64,000 bases of DNA, from positions 64,001 through 128,000 of the forward strand of contig CAVPPB010000003.1 in assembly GCA_963707215.1 (NCBI GenBank), written 5' to 3'. The stretch comes from an uncultured Chloroflexia bacterium. GTDB taxonomy: Bacteria; Chloroflexota; Limnocylindria; Limnocylindrales; CSP1-4. Below, piece after piece: positions 58,994 through 64,000 of the stretch; the first letter of the stretch is position 1, and each line of letters starts with the position of its first letter. A model generated the notes under the pieces. The model saw nothing but the letters and a program-made list of their open reading frames with translations. It was not told the origin of the DNA and did no database searches. The position numbers and the translations under genes are program-made.

Positions 58994-61384
58994 CTATGGC
59001 CACGGCTCCACCAGCCAGCGCCACTGGCCGGTGGCCGTCGAGAAGGCCGCGACGCCACCCAGCGACCCGGCCCGGCAGACGATGCGGCCGTTGATGGGGT
59101 CGTACACCGGATCGAGGCTGTCGCACCAGCTGCGGTTGCCGGCTGACGGGTGGGCGCGCCACCCGCGTTGTCCGTCGTAGACCTCGGTCCATCCATCCGA
59201 GGACATGAACAGCGTCACCCCGCTCGCCTCGTCGAACGACACCCGATTGGCTGGCCCAACGAAGTACCCGCTGTCCTGCCACAAGACGCCGGCCGGGACC
59301 TGCGAGGGCATCAGGCGCCAGCGGCTCGTCCCCGGATCGAAGGCCCAGATCTCGAGGGCGGCGGTCTCCACCCACGCCCAGTAGGGGCGAGAATCGCTCC
59401 GGAGGAAGCTGGCGTCGCGGCTACGGAGCTCGTCCGGCGTGGCCGCGGCGGCGATGAGAAGGTCGCGGTCGCGGTCGTAGACGACGGCCGTGACACCCTC
59501 CGGCACGCCAGAGCCGGTCGGCGGCGAGACGTCCGGCAGCTGGCGGACCGTCGTCATGCTGTTCGTGTCGACGTCGTAGGCCCACATGGACTCGCCGTCG
59601 TAGACGATGACCAGCCCCGACGGCTCGTGGTACACGGCTGCGGTCCTGTCGCCGGATCCCCACCCCGCGATGCCGCGGATCGGACTCGCGAACCGACCTT
59701 CCATCGTCCAGCGGTCGGCTGCGAGGTCGTAGCTCCAGACGCGGTCGGCCTCGAACGCCAGGGTCCGGTCGGAGTCGGCATCGTAGACGAGCCTGACCGG
59801 GTCATCCCAGAGCGGCTGCTCGGCCCCCCACGGTTCCATCCACTGCCAGGTGTTCGTGCAGACGTCGAAGGTGTAGGTGCGTCGCCCCGGCTGGTCATCA
59901 TTGGCCAGGGCGACGATCCGCCCGGCGTGGCGGTCGAACGCCATCGCTCCGTCCCCGCGGATGGGACCCTCCTGGCCGGACGGACCGAGCGCATCCGGGT
60001 CGCTTCCCGGTGGGCAGGTCGCCTGGACCGGGAGCGGCCTGGCCTTCGTCGTGGCCAGGATGTCGGTACCCTCGACGATCCGCACGGTGGCGGGCGTCGG
60101 CGTCGGCGAGGGCGACGGCGAGGGCGAGGCGCTCGGTGTCGGAGTGACACTCGGAGTCGGCGCAACGGCGAGCGTGACCGCCCAGACCCTGACGGTCCCG
60201 TCGGAGCCAGCGGTGGCGATCCGGGCGCCGTCCGGGCTCCAGGCGACGTCGTTCAGCGGGCCAGTATGGCCGGCCAGGGTCACGAGCTCGCCGCCGGTCG
60301 CCGCGTCAAGGATCCTGGCCATTCCGTCATGACCCGCGGTGGCGATGCGGGTTCCGTCCGGATTCCACGCGACATCCGTCGCCCTGAGGGGCACCCGGCC
60401 GATCGCAACCACTTCGCCGCCGGGGGTGGCGTCCCAGACCCCGGTGTCCTGCCCCCCGGTGGCGGCGATCCGGGCGCCATCCGGGCTCCACCCAACGTCG
60501 GTCACGACGAACCAGCTGCTGATCTCGTACTGCTTGCTCTCGGACGTCGTGGCGTCCCAGACCTCGATGTCCATCCCGCAGGCGACCGCGAGGCGGGTGC
60601 CGTCCGGGCTCCACGCCATCGACCACCAAACGCAAGCCGATGGACCCCAGATCCTTCCTACCCATAGGAGCTCGTCCCCGGTGACCGCGTCGTGGATCTG
60701 GACGTGCACCCCCCATGCGAGATCGACCAAGACGCCGATGCGAGTGCCATCGGGGCTGTAGGCCATGACGCCACCCGGGTCGGCATCGCGGAATGCGTCC
60801 CTTAGGTCGACAAGCACCTCGCCGGTAGCTGCGTCGTACACCGTCGACCCTACTGCCAGGCCGGTTCCGTCGGGGCTGTACTCAACGGACAACGGCGCCG
60901 CATTCGGGGGATCCGGCGACAGGTCGTGCTGCAGGATGAGCGTCTCCTCCCCGGTCGTTGTGTCAAGGACCTTCACGGTCCCGTCGCTGGCTGCGGCCGC
61001 CAGGTGGGCGCCGTCGGGACTCCATGCGATCGACGACAGCTCACCGGTCGTGACGGTGATCGTCAGGTCGACCGCCGGTGGCGGCACGACCGTCAGCTCA
61101 CTGCTGCGGCGCAGGAGCTCGCTGCCCACGAACACCGCCGTGACCGTCGCCACGATCAGCAGCGCCGCTGCGGCGAGCGCCCAGGCCATCCGGGCCGCCG
61201 GGCTCCGGCCGGTCGGGAAGCCGACCAGCGAACCCGCCCTGGGCGTCGGGCGGCCATGGCGACGGGGCTCGGCAGCCGCAACGGATCGGGCGAACTCGAG
61301 CGCGTCGAAGTCGGTCGGGCCGTCGGCCACCCGCCGGGCGAGGGCGGTCCGCAGGCGGGCCTCGAAGATCTCCTGCTCAGCCAT
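58994..61384 (-). CDS. Single-TM protein with WD40/beta-propeller extracytoplasmic domains (putative anti-sigma factor)
   Basis: N-terminal FE.RLR.AL, TM, repeated WSPDG/GH...V..W units, PTPSP linker, second propeller; overlaps the ECF gene end. Confidence 0.75.
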   Translation of the reverse strand: MAEQEIFEARLRTALARRVADGPTDFDALEFARSVAAAEPRRHGRPTPRAGSLVGFPTGRSPAARMAWALAAAALLIVATVTAVFVGSELLRRSSELTVVPPPAVDLTITVTTGELSSIAWSPDGAHLAAAASDGTVKVLDTTTGEETLILQHDLSPDPPNAAPLSVEYSPDGTGLAVGSTVYDAATGEVLVDLRDAFRDADPGGVMAYSPDGTRIGVLVDLAWGVHVQIHDAVTGDELLWVGRIWGPSACVWWSMAWSPDGTRLAVACGMDIEVWDATTSESKQYEISSWFVVTDVGWSPDGARIAATGGQDTGVWDATPGGEVVAIGRVPLRATDVAWNPDGTRIATAGHDGMARILDAATGGELVTLAGHTGPLNDVAWSPDGARIATAGSDGTVRVWAVTLAVAPTPSVTPTPSASPSPSPSPTPTPATVRIVEGTDILATTKARPLPVQATCPPGSDPDALGPSGQEGPIRGDGAMAFDRHAGRIVALANDDQPGRRTYTFDVCTNTWQWMEPWGAEQPLWDDPVRLVYDADSDRTLAFEADRVWSYDLAADRWTMEGRFASPIRGIAGWGSGDRTAAVYHEPSGLVIVYDGESMWAYDVDTNSMTTVRQLPDVSPPTGSGVPEGVTAVVYDRDRDLLIAAAATPDELRSRDASFLRSDSRPYWAWVETAALEIWAFDPGTSRWRLMPSQVPAGVLWQDSGYFVGPANRVSFDEASGVTLFMSSDGWTEVYDGQRGWRAHPSAGNRSWCDSLDPVYDPINGRIVCRAGSLGGVAAFSTATGQWRWLVEPWP

Positions 61385-61916
61385 GGTCGAGGTCCTTCCG
61401 GAGGCGATCCAGGACGCGAGCCAGCCGCGTGCGGACGCCGGACGCGGAGCGCCCGGTCACGAGCCCGATCTCGCAGGAGTCCAGATCGGCGACGTACCGC
61501 AGGGCGACCAGCGCTCGGTCGTCGGTGCTCAGTCGCCGCAGGGCGTTGCCCAGATCGATCTGGTCGATCCCGTCGGTCAGTCCGTCGCTTCCTGCCGGAT
61601 CGCCGGCGAGCGACAGCTCGACGACCGGGCGCCGACGTTCGCGCCGCACGATCGCCCGTGCCTCGTTGGCCGCGACGGCCATGAGCCACGGTCGGAGCGA
61701 GGTCGGGTCGCGCAGCGACGGGAGCTTGCGCCAGGCGTTGACGAGGGCCGCCTGCGCGGCGTCCTGGGCAAGGTCCCAGTCCCCGGACACGACGTACGCG
61801 ACCCGGACCATCTCGGCTCGGTGCGTCGCGACGATCCGGGCGAACGCGACCTCGTCACCGGCAGCAGCGCGCTCCACGGTGGTTGCGGTCGCGAGGTCCG
61901 TCGCGAGGCTGCTCAT
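61377..61916 (-). CDS. ECF sigma-70 factor
   Basis: GD..AF, AQDA.Q.A...AWR, WL..VA.NEA, region 4 EIG...G.S.SGVRTRL.R. Confidence 0.9.
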   Translation of the reverse strand: MSSLATDLATATTVERAAAGDEVAFARIVATHRAEMVRVAYVVSGDWDLAQDAAQAALVNAWRKLPSLRDPTSLRPWLMAVAANEARAIVRRERRRPVVELSLAGDPAGSDGLTDGIDQIDLGNALRRLSTDDRALVALRYVADLDSCEIGLVTGRSASGVRTRLARVLDRLRKDLDHG

Positions 61917-62150
61917 GCCCTTGAGATGTCGCGTCGCCCCCGTCCTGTCCCACGAATTGTCGAAGTGCTCGGGCGGCGCCTGTCGACTGTGCCCTCATCC
62001 GAGGGCCGGGTCGAGGGCCGTGGAGCCCGACCGCACACGCCCCGCCGGTCGAGATGATCACGCGGCGCGCGCGGGAGGCACCTCGTGGTGCACCCTTGAC
62101 GCGGCGCGGCGCCGGCTCCCAGCGCTCCGCGTCCGAGGGAGGACCACCCG

Positions 62151-63302
62151 ATGGCCGACACGCCGTACCCCCCGCCGCTGACCATGGGCCCCGACTGGAA
62201 GGCCGACACGGTTGCCGTGCAGGCCGGCCGGCCCGCACGTACGCCTGGCGCGCCCATGAACCCGCCGATGATCCTGAGCTCCACCTACGTCCACGACGCG
62301 ACGATCGAGTACGCCCGCGACGGCAACGCCGGTTGGGGAGCGCTCGAGGCGGCGATCGGCACGCTCGAGGGTGGCCGGGCCGTCACCTTCGCGTCGGGCC
62401 TCGCCGCGACCACCGCGATCGCCGACCTCGTGCCGGCCGGCGGGAGCGTCGTGCTCTCCACGGTGACGTATCACGGCGTCAGGGACATCTTCGAGCGGAT
62501 GCAGGCGCGAGGACGCCTGCACGTCCGCATGGCCGCGGCCGACGACACGGCCACCGTCCTCGCGGCCGCCGACGGGGCGGACATGGTGTGGGTCGAGTCG
62601 ATCGCCAACCCGCTCCTGGTGGTCGCCGACGTTCCGGCGATCGCGGCGGGAGCCCGCGATCGCGGCGCGATCACCGTGGTCGACGCGACGTTCGCCACGC
62701 CGCTCCGCCAGCGCCCGCTCGCGCTCGGCGCGGACGTCGTCCTGCATTCCGCGACTAAGCTCATCGGCGGGCACTCGGACCTCCTGCTGGGCGCGGTTGT
62801 CTGTCGGGACGACGTGCACGCCGGCCAGGTGGCGCGGTATCGCCACGATCACGGCGCGATCCCCGGGGGCCTCGAGGCCTTCCTCGCCCTGCGCGGGCTG
62901 CGCACGCTCGCCGTCCGTCTCGACCGGGCCGAGTCGTCGGCTGCCGAGCTCGCCCGCCGGTTGCAGTCGCACGCCCACGTCGCGCGGGTCCACTACCCGG
63001 GCCTGCCCGGCGATCCGCAGCACGAGCGAGCCTCGCGCGTGCTGCCGAACGGGTCGGGGTCCATGCTCTCGTTCGAGGTGGCCGGGTCCGTCGAGCAGAC
63101 CGAGGCGTTCCTCGCGCGGCTGCGCCTCGTCACGCACGCCACCAGCCTCGGCGGCGTGGAGTCGCTGATCGAGCGACGGGCGCGGTACCCGGGCGACGCC
63201 GCGATCGTCGGCCCCACGCTCTGTCGCCTCTCGGTCGGCATCGAGAACGTCGAGGACCTCTGGGCCGACCTCGACGAGTCCCTCTGCGCCGTGCTCGGCT
63301 AG
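62151..63302 (+). CDS. Trans-sulfuration PLP enzyme (cystathionine gamma-synthase/lyase family)
   Basis: YAR.GN, FASGLAA, ES.ANP, VDATFATP, HSATK.IGGHSD, ATSLGGVESL, RLSVGIE; GGAGGA SD. Confidence 0.92.
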   Translation: MADTPYPPPLTMGPDWKADTVAVQAGRPARTPGAPMNPPMILSSTYVHDATIEYARDGNAGWGALEAAIGTLEGGRAVTFASGLAATTAIADLVPAGGSVVLSTVTYHGVRDIFERMQARGRLHVRMAAADDTATVLAAADGADMVWVESIANPLLVVADVPAIAAGARDRGAITVVDATFATPLRQRPLALGADVVLHSATKLIGGHSDLLLGAVVCRDDVHAGQVARYRHDHGAIPGGLEAFLALRGLRTLAVRLDRAESSAAELARRLQSHAHVARVHYPGLPGDPQHERASRVLPNGSGSMLSFEVAGSVEQTEAFLARLRLVTHATSLGGVESLIERRARYPGDAAIVGPTLCRLSVGIENVEDLWADLDESLCAVLG

Positions 63303-63393
63303 CATCCGGCGGATCCGATGGGCGGCCCTTGACGCTCGCTCTCGCAGGTCATCTCGACGATCCACGGCCGCGCACCGCCGTACCATGCCGCTC

Positions 63394-64000
63394 ATGGTCA
63401 GGTCGCTCCGTCGCCTTGTCGTGCTCGTGGTCGTCCTCGCAGCAGGCGCCGCGATGCTCCACCGAGCGCGGACCCAGGCCGTGCCTGCCGGCGGCGGCAT
63501 CCTCATCGCCGACGCACCTCTGTACGACCGGCTGACCGGCTGGCTCCTTGGGTCGTTCTACATGGGCATCGCCGACGACGTGGCGGCGACCGCCGGCCCG
63601 GGCGCCCGGGTCCTCGACGTCGGGTGTGGGCCTGGCCATCTCGTCGGGCGCCTCGTCGAACGCGGCATGACCGTGAGCGGGATCGACCTCGACCCGGCCA
63701 TGATCGAGCGGGCCGCGCGACGCCACGGCGGCCGGGCTGATCTCGTCGCGGCCGATGTAGCCTCGCTGCCCTTCCCCGATGGCTCGTTCGACCTCGTCGT
63801 CTCGACGCTCTCGATGCACCACTGGGCGGACCATCGAGGCGGACTCGACGAGATCGCACGCGTCCTGGCACGAGACGGGCGTGCGCTCATCTTCGACTTC
63901 GGCGGCGCCCACGTGCCGCTGCATGGGCTCGCCCAGGGGCCGGCGCACCACGTCGATGGCTCGGCGCTCAGACTGGTCGCCGACACGCGATGGCGCTGGC
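63394..64000 (+). CDS. Class I SAM-dependent methyltransferase with N-terminal TM, runs off the window end
   Basis: Own translation: YDRL.., RVLDVGCGPG, GIDLDPAM, LPFPDGSFDLVVST.SMHHW. No stop in window, so absent from the ORF track. Confidence 0.85.
   Translation, partial: MVRSLRRLVVLVVVLAAGAAMLHRARTQAVPAGGGILIADAPLYDRLTGWLLGSFYMGIADDVAATAGPGARVLDVGCGPGHLVGRLVERGMTVSGIDLDPAMIERAARRHGGRADLVAADVASLPFPDGSFDLVVSTLSMHHWADHRGGLDEIARVLARDGRALIFDFGGAHVPLHGLAQGPAHHVDGSALRLVADTRWRW

Noticed and set aside
60085-60170. Tandem GGCGAG/GGCGTC-type repeats
   Set aside because: They encode the PTPSPSP linker of the WD40 protein; ordinary coding low complexity.

Overview
High-GC bacterial chromosome segment. 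Gene content and style suggest Chloroflexota, possibly Limnocylindria; this is inference only. The left half (1-35 kb) is mostly core. It holds hisC-hisB-hisH-hisF-hisIE (no hisA), tyrS, a class A PBP, and tRNA-Val(GAC) followed by a Thr T-box and thrS-infC-rpmI-rplT-pheS-pheT-cvpA-mpg-mutS2. It also holds two RNA methyltransferases, an envelope operon (small ORF, orphan peptide-binding protein, MA metallopeptidase, two DUF881, DUF951, MFS, asparaginase, amidohydrolase) and cysS. The right half is a patchwork of accessory genes: globin, degenerate GGDEF, GMC oxidoreductase, single-chain Mo-hydroxylase, 5'-nucleotidase, esterases, ettA, class II UvrA, an ECF sigma/WD40 module and a trans-sulfuration enzyme. 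I saw no CRISPR array, integrase or transposase. The best candidate for an undescribed system is at 33.3-37.2 kb. There a GT2-like glycosyltransferase carries an N-terminal copy of the CysRS anticodon-binding domain with the anticodon-reading residues intact. It lies tail-to-tail with cysS, directly downstream of a truncated globin, and next to a membrane-anchored Schlafen/AlbA_2 protein. Other points: an AUC start for infC, at least seven apparently leaderless genes, two single-base frameshifts in the same GCCCTCGG context, and a 5'-truncated DUF4239-like remnant. All calls come from reading motifs by eye; no database searches were run.
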